From positions 1-57,757 of the forward strand of contig CAYRJZ010000006.1 of the NCBI GenBank assembly GCA_964424775.1: 57,757 bases of DNA, written 5' to 3'. Shown here piece by piece: positions 9,625 through 17,961 of this stretch; within the stretch, counting starts at the first letter, position 1; each line of letters begins with the position of its first letter. Source of the DNA: an uncultured Gammaproteobacteria bacterium. Lineage in GTDB: Bacteria; Patescibacteriota; Microgenomatia; Levybacterales; UBA12049. The position numbers and the translations under genes are program-made. Under the pieces are notes generated by a model that saw nothing but the letters and a program-made list of their open reading frames with translations, searched no databases and was not told the origin of the DNA.

Positions 9625-10194
9625 CTAGCGATACTTTCGAATAACGCTAACGACAATTCCCCCTATCGAGAGACTTTCCCTAGGATGGAGGACAGGATAG
9701 GAAGGATTTGCAGGGATTAATGAAATCCTCCCGTTTTTTCTTTGAAAATACTTAACAGTCCATTCACCGTCCACACACGCAGCGACGATATCGCCATTAC
9801 GAGGATTGTCATTTCGCTCGACAATAACAATATCCCCATCAGCAATACACTCTTCTATCATGGAATCTCCCTTAACGGTGAGGGAGAACATATCCCCAGG
9901 CATACCAAGGATATATTCATAAAAGTCGATACTATCCCCCAAGGATGGCTCCATGGGTGTTGGGTATCCTGCCTTAATAACACCCATGTGGGGGATATGG
10001 AACAGTTTCTTGGGAAGGAGTTTACCCTTTTCATCCTTCTCAAGAATGTCCGCCTCTATTAATTTATTGACTAAGTACACAGCTGCTGTCTTTGATGAGT
10101 AATTGAACAAGTCGCATAGTTCTTGATAAGAGGGAAGACGTTTCTGAGTCTTATAGAACTGTCGTATCTTGGTTATTGCTGCATCTAAATTCAT
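9625..10194 (-). CDS. lexA: LexA-type repressor (wHTH plus S24 peptidase)
   Basis: LPSYQELC HTH, IKAGYP cleavage site, VKGDSM catalytic Ser, WTVKYF catalytic Lys. Confidence 0.88.
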   Translation of the reverse strand: MNLDAAITKIRQFYKTQKRLPSYQELCDLFNYSSKTAAVYLVNKLIEADILEKDEKGKLLPKKLFHIPHMGVIKAGYPTPMEPSLGDSIDFYEYILGMPGDMFSLTVKGDSMIEECIADGDIVIVERNDNPRNGDIVAACVDGEWTVKYFQRKNGRISLIPANPSYPVLHPRESLSIGGIVVSVIRKYR

Positions 10195-10199
10195 AGTGT

Positions 10200-10246
10200 T
10201 GTACGTTTGTGCAATAGTTATATCACTGTACGAACGTACAGGTCAA
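10200..10246 (-). promoter_or_regulatory. lexA promoter (TTGACC-18-TATAAC) with two palindromic operator boxes
   Basis: Perfect TGTACG-N2-CGTACA at 10227-10240 between -35 and -10; imperfect copy TGTACGTTTGTGCA at 10200-10213. Confidence 0.75.
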
Positions 10247-10329
10247 GATGACAAACTATATCAATCTCATCTATTACATAATTCCTCCAATTTGATCTTT
10301 TTTGAAAGACTTGCTACTGTAAATAAAGG

Positions 10330-11865
10330 ATGAGTGAACGTATAACAACAGGTGACCCTACCGTAGACACAAGTACCAAGAAAACGCTTGACCAAACCAT
10401 AACACAACTTGTTCATCTCATCGATGATCGACCAGGAAGTGAGGGAATGCCTGGAACTGATCCTCAGGAATTTCTCAAAAAAGCAACGGAGAATGCTTCA
10501 GAGTTTCAAAAAAATTATGCAGTAGAAGGAAATATACTTACTCCTGAAAAAAAAGCGCAGTTCAATTCATGGATTGAGCAAGATTTAGGCCCACAAGGAG
10601 AGCATCATTTAGAAAAATTAGCACAGACAGTAATAAAATTCTGGGGAGAAGTAAAAAGAGAAGGGTTACCTGGACATGACAGAAGGCATCTGCTTGAAGA
10701 TCTCAAGGCTGCACTTCAGGCACGAGTAGAAGTAGTTCAAGCAGGAGGCAAAGACCCATATGGAGCAGTAGCACTCATTGGTTCACTCATGCATGATTCA
10801 GGAAGACTCGCAGAGGAAAGAGTATTTGGGACACAAACAGGTGGAGAGATGGGAAAAGCTCATGCACAAATGTCATTTGCCCTTACAAAAGAAATTCTTG
10901 ATCATTTCACCGGTATACCACAAGAGCTGCGAGATCATGTAGCTCATAGTGTGCTCAATCACCAGACATGGCCACCTACTAAAGAACAGCAGGAAGCAGA
11001 ACCCATAAAATATCAATTAATATTTGATGAACAAATGCCTCGCGCAGTGATGGGTGCAGATAGACTGCAACTTGTTGGTCCTGAAGCGATTCTTCGAATG
11101 TGGGGATTTGATGTAGGAATGGCAGACAAACCATTGGATATAGCAACAAAAGTAAACGAGAAGAAAAAGACTGCTCTTAAAATTCCGGATCATACCAATA
11201 CCGATCTGGCACACCATGTTGAATACTATATGAGGAATCTTCTTCCAGTCGATGTTCCAGGAACACCAGAGAAAGCTCGTGAACAAGCACGACAAAGAGC
11301 AATAGAGTTTCAGGCAATTTCTGCCACTTATCTGTGGCTGTCGTCAACTGATGAAATTCGAGAGCAGATTTTTGCTCCAGAGTTGACCCGCGCAAAAGGA
11401 GAACCAATTGATACAGTACAATTAGCAAAAGATAAAAAAACACCCCTTGCACTCGATGTGTGGGAAAAGGTACAGAAAGCAGGAAAATTGGGAGAAGCAC
11501 TTGATCCTGAAATTCTTCGCAAAATGCAATCAAAACTCAGTGGAAGATCTCTTGAACAACTTAACAGCCTTGATGAAACAAGTCTCAATGTTTTCCTCAA
11601 AATTATGGCCAAACAGCTAGTTACCGTTCCAAATGCATCGGTAACTGAAAGGGAATTAACGACAATTAATGCCAAACTTGCAGAAGTAAAAGGGAAAGAA
11701 GAAAAAGCAAGACTTCTTATTGGGCTCGCATATGCCATTACAATGCGTGAAGACCTTGATCGGAAGCATGATCATATGATGAGCGCCATTATGGCAGATA
11801 AGGATAATTATTCTGAGCACAGCCTAGAGAGAACTTTTGCTCAATTTGCTTCATCTCAAAAATAA
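10330..11865 (+). CDS. HD-domain metal-dependent phosphohydrolase-like protein
   Basis: Ordered H (GHDRRH), HD (MHDSGR), H (AHA), H (LNHQ) and D (GADRL) motifs. Confidence 0.65.
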   Translation: MSERITTGDPTVDTSTKKTLDQTITQLVHLIDDRPGSEGMPGTDPQEFLKKATENASEFQKNYAVEGNILTPEKKAQFNSWIEQDLGPQGEHHLEKLAQTVIKFWGEVKREGLPGHDRRHLLEDLKAALQARVEVVQAGGKDPYGAVALIGSLMHDSGRLAEERVFGTQTGGEMGKAHAQMSFALTKEILDHFTGIPQELRDHVAHSVLNHQTWPPTKEQQEAEPIKYQLIFDEQMPRAVMGADRLQLVGPEAILRMWGFDVGMADKPLDIATKVNEKKKTALKIPDHTNTDLAHHVEYYMRNLLPVDVPGTPEKAREQARQRAIEFQAISATYLWLSSTDEIREQIFAPELTRAKGEPIDTVQLAKDKKTPLALDVWEKVQKAGKLGEALDPEILRKMQSKLSGRSLEQLNSLDETSLNVFLKIMAKQLVTVPNASVTERELTTINAKLAEVKGKEEKARLLIGLAYAITMREDLDRKHDHMMSAIMADKDNYSEHSLERTFAQFASSQK

Positions 11866-11879
11866 TTTAATTGTTCTTC

Positions 11880-12269
11880 TTATACTAACCTTTCTAGAAC
11901 ACCTCTTCGTTTCACAATATTCTTATAGTCCCATTGAATATCTTTTGATTTTTTCAGCCATTGACGCAGGTCTTCAATATTAATCTGATCCACATTTGTA
12001 TATCTCTTTTGGGCTGCTTTAAAACTTCCTTCAACTTCCAGATCTGGCTCGTCGAAAGATTGTCCACTCCAAAAAAGAAGCTGAACATCATTTTTCCTCT
12101 TAGCATACCCAGCAACTGGATTACCATCCAAAAACCACACTGGGTGACCATGCCATACTTTACTTTCAGCGTCAGGAAGGGCGGTATCAATTTCTTTTTT
12201 CAAAAGATCACAAATATCTTTATCTGAAGGAGAGAGTGATTTATGGTATGAAAGTAAATCTTTTTGCAT
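11880..12269 (-). CDS. DUF1801/YdhG-like protein (start ATG 12269)
   Basis: LPDAESKVWHGHPVWF and LLFWSG motifs. Confidence 0.8.
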   Translation of the reverse strand: MQKDLLSYHKSLSPSDKDICDLLKKEIDTALPDAESKVWHGHPVWFLDGNPVAGYAKRKNDVQLLFWSGQSFDEPDLEVEGSFKAAQKRYTNVDQINIEDLRQWLKKSKDIQWDYKNIVKRRGVLERLV

Positions 12270-12277
12270 AATTAATT

Positions 12278-12829
12278 TTATATTTGTGAATCGAGAAGTC
12301 TCCAATTTTTCGAAACAGCTGGTTCACTACAAAGATTACGATTAAAGCAACATGGCCGTCTCATTCCTTTATTTAATTTATCAAGTGCGACATCGATATG
12401 CTTTTGACGTGTTTCCTCCGTCTTTACTGCTCGTATCCATCTGACCCAATCCCATCTCGCACTTGGAGTAATATCGTTCCAAAGTTCTTCAGCTTTAGGA
12501 GAGGTTTCAAGAGCTTTTTTCAGATCAGCTGGTACTTCTGGCTCTACCCATTCTTTTGTTGGCTCAAGTGTAACTTGAACTTTATCTCCTGCTTTAACAC
12601 CAGCTTCCCCCAGTAACTTTTTATCTGGACGAAACCAATGACTAGGCTTAAGTCCTTGTCCATATACTCCATCTGGCTCAAGAAGAGTTTTAAAAGGAAC
12701 ACCGTTCAAAGTCCCTTTTACCATAATCATGCTGCGAGTAGGGAGTAGTGCACTCGCATCTGGAGGCAAATGGAGAATAGTCCAGTCATTTATAGTGTAA
12801 AGTTGTGTTTGGAATTGTATTACTGACAT
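12278..12829 (-). CDS. DUF1905 plus YdeI/OmpD-associated domain protein (start ATG 12829)
   Basis: VKGTLNGVPF, VPADLKKAL and WVRWIRAVKTEETR motifs; longer track ORF runs into tRNA-His. Confidence 0.8.
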   Translation of the reverse strand: MSVIQFQTQLYTINDWTILHLPPDASALLPTRSMIMVKGTLNGVPFKTLLEPDGVYGQGLKPSHWFRPDKKLLGEAGVKAGDKVQVTLEPTKEWVEPEVPADLKKALETSPKAEELWNDITPSARWDWVRWIRAVKTEETRQKHIDVALDKLNKGMRRPCCFNRNLCSEPAVSKNWRLLDSQI

Positions 12830-12868
12830 GGAATTATTATAACAGAGGATTAAAATTGAGGAGAACTT

Positions 12869-12944
12869 TGGGGTGGCTAACGGGGATCGAACCCGCGACA
12901 TTCAGGTCCACAACCTGACGCTCTACCACTGAGCTATAGCCACC
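12869..12944 (-). tRNA. tRNA-His(GUG) with encoded G-1 and CCA
   Basis: TCAGG-TTGTGGA-CCTGA anticodon arm; G-1:C73; encoded CCA. Confidence 0.96.
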
Positions 12945-12995
12945 ATATGAGCTGCTAAAGTATACCATATTTGAAGCTATTTATTAAATGAATGA

Positions 12996-13205
12996 TTATT
13001 TACGAAGGAAGAAAAAGATAAGAGAAAGAACTATACTTAGAAGTATTGAAGTAACAATTGGAAAATAAAATGTAAAATTTCCTCTTTTTATAAAGATATC
13101 ACCAGGTAATTTTGGTGGAAATGATATATTTGGAAAAATAATATATATGCCACCTATAATGACTAAAACTACACCTACTATTATGAAGAGTTTTCCTATT
13201 TCCAT
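12996..13205 (-). CDS. DUF2905-family small membrane protein
   Basis: KLPGDIFIKRGNFTFYFPIVTSILLS motif. Confidence 0.85.
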   Translation of the reverse strand: MEIGKLFIIVGVVLVIIGGIYIIFPNISFPPKLPGDIFIKRGNFTFYFPIVTSILLSIVLSLIFFFLRK

Positions 13206-13873
13206 TATGCAATTCTCCTGAGCATTGGGTCACGTGTCGGCATCATCTTTGCGATCAAAAATCCAAATACAAATCCACCAATGTGAGCAAAATACGCAAC
13301 TCCACCTTGATCAGGACTCATCCCAAATGCTCCAACTCCAGATATAACTTGTAAAACGATCCAATACCCGAGCATGAACATGGCACTCACTTCAACTATG
13401 GTAAATAAGAAGGGAAGTGTAACAAGTGTTCTGATTTTATGGTGTGGAAAGAATGCGAAATACGCACCCAACGCTCCTGCTACTGCACCGGAGGCACCGA
13501 GCATTGGAATATCTGATGTGGGATTGAGAAGATACTGTGCTAGTGACCCTACAATTCCTGATCCAATATAGAGAACAAGATAGAAAAGGGGAGGGAGTTC
13601 TCCCTCGACATTATCGCCAAATACCCACAGAAAGAGCATATTCGAGATAATGTGCAAAAATCCTCCGTGTAAAAACATAGACGTAATAAAAGGATAAAGT
13701 GTAGAAAAATCAGCAAAGTTTATTTGGGATGGGATAAGTGCGTACTTCATAACAAACCCTTCAGGATCAGGTGTTGTAATCTGAAGAAAAAAGACAAAAA
13801 CATTTATACCAATAAAAATTAAATTAAGAAATGGAAATCTCTTTGATTTCTCACTATCAGAAATTGGAATCAT
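13205..13873 (-). CDS. Rhomboid intramembrane serine protease
   Basis: FLHGGFLHIISNM, GASGAV (catalytic Ser) and AHIGG (catalytic His). Confidence 0.93.
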   Translation of the reverse strand: MIPISDSEKSKRFPFLNLIFIGINVFVFFLQITTPDPEGFVMKYALIPSQINFADFSTLYPFITSMFLHGGFLHIISNMLFLWVFGDNVEGELPPLFYLVLYIGSGIVGSLAQYLLNPTSDIPMLGASGAVAGALGAYFAFFPHHKIRTLVTLPFLFTIVEVSAMFMLGYWIVLQVISGVGAFGMSPDQGGVAYFAHIGGFVFGFLIAKMMPTRDPMLRRIA

Positions 13874-14041
13874 AAAAGTATCCTACGAAGAGATTGTAAG
13901 AAACAGATGAGAATATGTAAAGCAAATGATGTACGACTGGAGGGATTTACTACAAGGGTACAATCTTCTCCGAAGTGTCGCTTCTCATCCCGTCCGAGAA
14001 CACAACAAATCTGAAGAAAGAATCTTAAAAATTTGTGTGTG

Positions 14042-14114
14042 TACGCCTGGAGGGATTCGAACCCCCGACCACATCGTTAGAACCGATATGCTCTATCCAC
14101 TGAGCTACAGGCGC
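14042..14114 (-). tRNA. tRNA-Arg(UCU), no encoded CCA
   Basis: TATCG-GTTCTAA-CGATG anticodon arm; canonical D and T arms. Confidence 0.9.
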
Positions 14115-14216
14115 AAATTACCTTTCTATTTTAGCATAGGCACGAATTTCTTGCGAATTTACTCTCGTTGACAAAGATGTGTATGCACTTCATACTATTA
14201 GAAGAATTTCTTACAT

Positions 14217-15212
14217 ATGGCACATAAATTTTTTCTCTTTCTCCTCCGTAATCAAGTGCTTTTCGCTCTTTTCCTGATCGTCATGGGATGGTTCTTATTC
14301 CAAACACGGGGAATTCTCATGTCCATCTTTCTTGCATACATCATTAATGCTTCACTTCTTCCAGTTGTAAAATTTTTGAAAAAGAGAGGTTTCCCTAACT
14401 TTCTTGCAGCTCTCCTTCCATTCTTTGGCATTCTTATTTTTATTGTTTTGATTATCTTTCCTCTTGTTCCGTTTATTGCATCACAAGTAACATCACTTCT
14501 CACAGGCCTTCCACAGTACCTGAAAGAGTCTGGTCAGGTATTTGGATTTGATGTTAATCCAGATGGAGTAAGGTCATTTATTACAAGAGAACTAGATGGA
14601 ATAGGGAGAAATGCGTTTACAGTTACAAGTAAAGTATTTGGAGGAGTGTTTTCAACCTTAACAGTACTTGTTGTTAGTTTTTATCTCATTCTCTCGCATG
14701 ATCAATTCAAAAATAGTATCTCACATCTTTTTCATCGGTCTCAAAGACAAAGAGTTGTTGAAACACTTGAACAGGTGGATGATAAATTAGGCGCGTGGCT
14801 TCAGGGTCAACTTATCTTATCTCTCGCAATCGGAGTAATTACGTATGTTGTATTAAGCATTCTCCAGTTGCCATACGCTCTCCCACTAGCCATTCTTGCC
14901 GGAATGCTTGAGGTCATCCCGACACTCGGGCCAATTCTTGCATCTATTCCAGCAATTGTTGTTGCCCTCACTGTCTCACCAACTATGGCGATAGTTGTCA
15001 CGCTTCTTTATATCGTTATCCAGATGCTTGAGAATAATATTCTTGTTCCAAAAATTATGCAGAGAGCTGTCGGACTCAATCCAGTTATCGTCATTATAGC
15101 TGTTATGATTGGAGCAAATTTAATGGGTGTGATCGGAGCACTTCTATCAATTCCTTTTGTTTCTTTCTTAATCGTCCTCTTTAACAGTATTACGACAGAC
15201 GAAGATAAATAA
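14217..15212 (+). CDS. AI-2E/PerM family transporter
   Basis: LAYIINASLLPVV, WLQGQLIL, IPTLGPI and LENNILVPKIM...GLNP motifs. Confidence 0.9.
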   Translation: MAHKFFLFLLRNQVLFALFLIVMGWFLFQTRGILMSIFLAYIINASLLPVVKFLKKRGFPNFLAALLPFFGILIFIVLIIFPLVPFIASQVTSLLTGLPQYLKESGQVFGFDVNPDGVRSFITRELDGIGRNAFTVTSKVFGGVFSTLTVLVVSFYLILSHDQFKNSISHLFHRSQRQRVVETLEQVDDKLGAWLQGQLILSLAIGVITYVVLSILQLPYALPLAILAGMLEVIPTLGPILASIPAIVVALTVSPTMAIVVTLLYIVIQMLENNILVPKIMQRAVGLNPVIVIIAVMIGANLMGVIGALLSIPFVSFLIVLFNSITTDEDK

Positions 15213-15213
15213 A

Positions 15214-15801
15214 TTATTTTTCTGCAACTATAAGTGTCCAAGGGATAGGGTAACGAACAGTTCGAATTGTCATATACTGACTTACCATATTTTTAAATTG
15301 CCAGAATGCCCAGTGATTGATATGCTCAATATCATTCCCAAAACGTGATAAATTTTTTCCTCGCAAAAAATTACCCATCATAAAAAATGGCTCATTTGGG
15401 ACTGAAAGAAGACAATATTTCTTACTAACACGAACTAACTCTTGAAGGCCTTTTTCCGGATCATCAATATGCTCGAGTACCTCTGAACAAATAATAAGAT
15501 CGAATGAATTGTCTTTGTATTTAAGATCAAAAATTGATCCCTGCTTAAGTGTTAATTTGGGATGTTCTTTCTTCCCAAGTTCAATTGCCCGATCAAGAAA
15601 GTCCACACCTTCTAATTTTTTTCCAATTCCAGCTTTACGAATTTTTTCAAGAGTAAATCCCTCACCACAGCCAACATCCAGAATTGAATCTGGATTGATC
15701 TTTTTTACTTCCTCAAGGAGAACTGAGTTAAAATTTGCAAGAAGTTTTTTTTGAAGTGAACTTGACGTTTTGTGTTTTCGATAATTATCAGTGGTATGCA
15801 T
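15214..15801 (-). CDS. Class I SAM-dependent methyltransferase (start ATG 15801)
   Basis: ILDVGCGEG, FDLIICSEVLEH; longer track ORF overlaps tRNA-Gly. Confidence 0.88.
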   Translation of the reverse strand: MHTTDNYRKHKTSSSLQKKLLANFNSVLLEEVKKINPDSILDVGCGEGFTLEKIRKAGIGKKLEGVDFLDRAIELGKKEHPKLTLKQGSIFDLKYKDNSFDLIICSEVLEHIDDPEKGLQELVRVSKKYCLLSVPNEPFFMMGNFLRGKNLSRFGNDIEHINHWAFWQFKNMVSQYMTIRTVRYPIPWTLIVAEK

Positions 15802-15808
15802 AAAACTG

Positions 15809-15879
15809 AGCGGGTGAAGGGAATCGAACCCTCGCATTCTGCTTGGAAAGCAGATGTTCTACCATTGAACTACACCCGC
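15809..15879 (-). tRNA. tRNA-Gly(UCC), no encoded CCA
   Basis: TCTGC-TTTCCAA-GCAGA anticodon arm; U73. Confidence 0.95.
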
Positions 15880-15914
15880 GAATACAAGTTATTATAACAT
15901 TTTGACTCGTAGAA

Positions 15915-16679
15915 ATGCTAGATTTTCAAAAAATAGCGTATAATAATGATGTGTCTATAATTACTTTTTTATCATCAATTAAAAATCGTGTTTTTCAATT
16001 CCTCAGAGATACAACAAGTCCATTTACTTATGTAGCACTAGGTGATAGTACAGCTGAAGGAATGGGAGCGTCTACTCCTGAAAGAGCATACACCAATATT
16101 ATTTACTCCTCCCTCAAAGATCGTTATCGATCACCGAAATATCATAATTTTGCGCGAAGTGGTGCAATTCTCTCAGATGTTGTTGACAAACAACTTCCAA
16201 AAGCTATCGCAGAAAATCCTGATCTTATTACGATCTCTGTGGGAGCAAACGACATTATTAGACGCACCAAAACAGATGATTATGAGCGACTTCTTCGCAA
16301 ACTTCTTAAAACTCTCCACCGCGAAACTGATGCAACTATTGTCATTAGTACAGTTCCAGATCTTTCTTTTACCACAGCTGTGCCTAAAATTTTAAAAACA
16401 TACAGCCGTTATATGGCAAATAGATATAATGAGATCATTGTACGTGTTGCTGATGAAACAAATACGGTTCTCGTTGATGTCTTTAATGATAGTAAAGCAA
16501 TTCTTAAGGCATACCCAGAAGCTGTTGCAAGTGATGGGTGGCATCCATCAGATTTTGGATACGCACTGTGGGCAAATAGTGTTCTGGTCACACTTCGCAA
16601 TGTCATTGCAGCACCTGAGAGAGAAAATGTGAGTAAAGATGAGGTAGAAGACCTCACCAAAGACGACGATAAAGAATAA
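15915..16679 (+). CDS. SGNH/GDSL hydrolase
   Basis: ALGDST, GA (block II), GAND (block III), DGWHP (block V). Confidence 0.9.
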   Translation: MLDFQKIAYNNDVSIITFLSSIKNRVFQFLRDTTSPFTYVALGDSTAEGMGASTPERAYTNIIYSSLKDRYRSPKYHNFARSGAILSDVVDKQLPKAIAENPDLITISVGANDIIRRTKTDDYERLLRKLLKTLHRETDATIVISTVPDLSFTTAVPKILKTYSRYMANRYNEIIVRVADETNTVLVDVFNDSKAILKAYPEAVASDGWHPSDFGYALWANSVLVTLRNVIAAPERENVSKDEVEDLTKDDDKE

Positions 16680-16732
16680 CACTTACCTCAACTGCTTTTC
16701 CTCTGAAATAAATGTTGCTATAATCCTCCTCC

Positions 16733-17428
16733 ATGTCTATAGATGAGGTTCAAGTTCAAGATGAATATGGAATTCAAGGCGGTGAGTCTATCCACTTCTC
16801 TGAAATAGAGAATTTAAGAACACCTTTGCTTGAAATTCTGAAACAGATCAAACCAGCCATTGATTCACGAAGATACGGGATGTTAGTGAGTGATGACACG
16901 GGTGGACGAATCCCAACGATTATTCTAGGACGAACTATTAACCGGTACTATTTTAAACACGGACAACGAGCAGTCCCAAGTATATTTATCCAAGGATCAA
17001 GAAACATGAAACATCTTCCGGATATGTTAAATGCCTTTCAAAGTAGAAGTCGGGCACTATCTTCTGTTCAGCCGGATCAAAGAGCACTTCTCGTAACTGA
17101 ACACATAGGTCAAGGAATTAATTTAAAACACTTTACAACTATTTTTAATTCACTCAAACTCCCATATGATGTGGCAGCAATTGAAGCTTCTGTTTCTGAA
17201 AGAAAATACCAAATTGAAGAATGTTTGGCACAAGAGTCTCATCTCTTTGCCGGAGATTCAGATTTTAAAGCACACTTTATTGATTTCAAATATACAGGAG
17301 TAAATCCTGAAAAATACACAGGAATAAAATTTATTACCGACCCGGAAGTACGAAAATATGCTCGTGTTGCACTTCAAGATGCACGTTTAGTCAGTAATCA
17401 ACTCCTCGAGGAAATTGAGAGAATATAA
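16733..17428 (+). CDS. Hypothetical protein, possibly degenerate PRTase-like fold
   Basis: LVSDDTGGRIP and ALLVTEHIGQG resemble phosphoribosyltransferase motifs; weak. Confidence 0.5.
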   Translation: MSIDEVQVQDEYGIQGGESIHFSEIENLRTPLLEILKQIKPAIDSRRYGMLVSDDTGGRIPTIILGRTINRYYFKHGQRAVPSIFIQGSRNMKHLPDMLNAFQSRSRALSSVQPDQRALLVTEHIGQGINLKHFTTIFNSLKLPYDVAAIEASVSERKYQIEECLAQESHLFAGDSDFKAHFIDFKYTGVNPEKYTGIKFITDPEVRKYARVALQDARLVSNQLLEEIERI

Positions 17429-17433
17429 AGATG

Positions 17434-17507
17434 TCGGGGACAAAGGACTTGAACCTTCGACCTCACGGTCCCAAACCGCGCGCTCTAGCCAACTGAGCTA
17501 GTCCCCG
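17434..17507 (-). tRNA. tRNA-Pro(UGG), no encoded CCA
   Basis: CGGGGAC acceptor; GCGG-TTTGGGA-CCGT anticodon arm. Confidence 0.95.
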
Positions 17508-17518
17508 AAATATTCTGG

Positions 17519-17604
17519 TGGTGCCGCGGGGGGGACTCGAACCCCCACGTCCTTGCGAACAAGGGCTCTTAAGGCCCCCGTGTATACCATTTCACCACCG
17601 CGGC
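17519..17604 (-). tRNA. tRNA-Leu(UAA) with encoded CCA
   Basis: GGGGC-CTTAAGA-GCCCT anticodon arm, long variable arm, ACCA end. Confidence 0.93.
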
Positions 17605-17843
17605 ATAGTATCGATTTCTTTGATTATTTCTCTTCCAAAACCAGATTTAAAAAAAATTTCCATTTTTCTTGCGTCACTGATAATATCAACTATTTCAACG
17701 TGTACAAGTACAACCGGCAGTTTATTTTTCGTAAAAGTTACTTTTCCTCCATCATGCTGCGCTAACCTTACACCAAGATTAGAAGTTAGTCCTTTATAAT
17801 ACTCACCTGTACGCAAACTTCTGAGTATATAAACAAAATACAT
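17592..17843 (-). CDS. Small stand-alone GIY-YIG nuclease
   Basis: YFVYIL...YYKG, RLAQH and conserved Glu (KMEIFFK); last codons and TGA stop lie within the 5' 13 nt of tRNA-Leu. Confidence 0.85.
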   Translation of the reverse strand: MYFVYILRSLRTGEYYKGLTSNLGVRLAQHDGGKVTFTKNKLPVVLVHVEIVDIISDARKMEIFFKSGFGREIIKEIDTMPRW

Positions 17844-17856
17844 TGTAAAACTTTGC

Positions 17857-17902
17857 GTGTATACCCCTGCCTGCCGGCAGGCAGGATTTCACCACCGCGG
17901 CA
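17857..17902 (-). repeat. Duplicated 5' end of tRNA-Leu (26 bp) interrupted by perfect 20-bp palindrome CCTGCCTGCCGGCAGGCAGG (17866-17885)
   Basis: GTGTATACC + ATTTCACCACCGCGGCA here matches 17580-17605 exactly once the palindrome is removed. Confidence 0.95.
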
Positions 17903-17910
17903 ATGTGCAT

Positions 17911-17940
17911 ATTTTACTTGATTTGCCGTGCTCTAAGCAA
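17911..17940 (-). promoter_or_regulatory. Sigma70-like promoter TTGCTT-18-TAAAAT upstream of the disrupted tRNA-Leu 5' copy
   Basis: -10 at 17911-17916 and -35 at 17935-17940; 9 nt separate the -10 from the first G of the fragment. Confidence 0.55.
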
Positions 17941-17961
17941 CTTGTAAGATAAAGGAATGCT

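Larger units (their letters stand above)
17580..17902 (-). mobile_element. Putative minimal tRNA-targeted GIY-YIG insertion element
   Basis: Single nuclease gene bracketed by direct repeats of the tRNA 5' end; no integrase or transposase present. Confidence 0.5.

Noticed and set aside
13926-14171. ORFs overlapping tRNAs (13926, 17518, 54223, 57142) and N-terminal extensions into tRNAs (12901, 15837, 55915, 57259)
   Set aside because: Explained by GC-rich tRNA sequence; better starts exist downstream.
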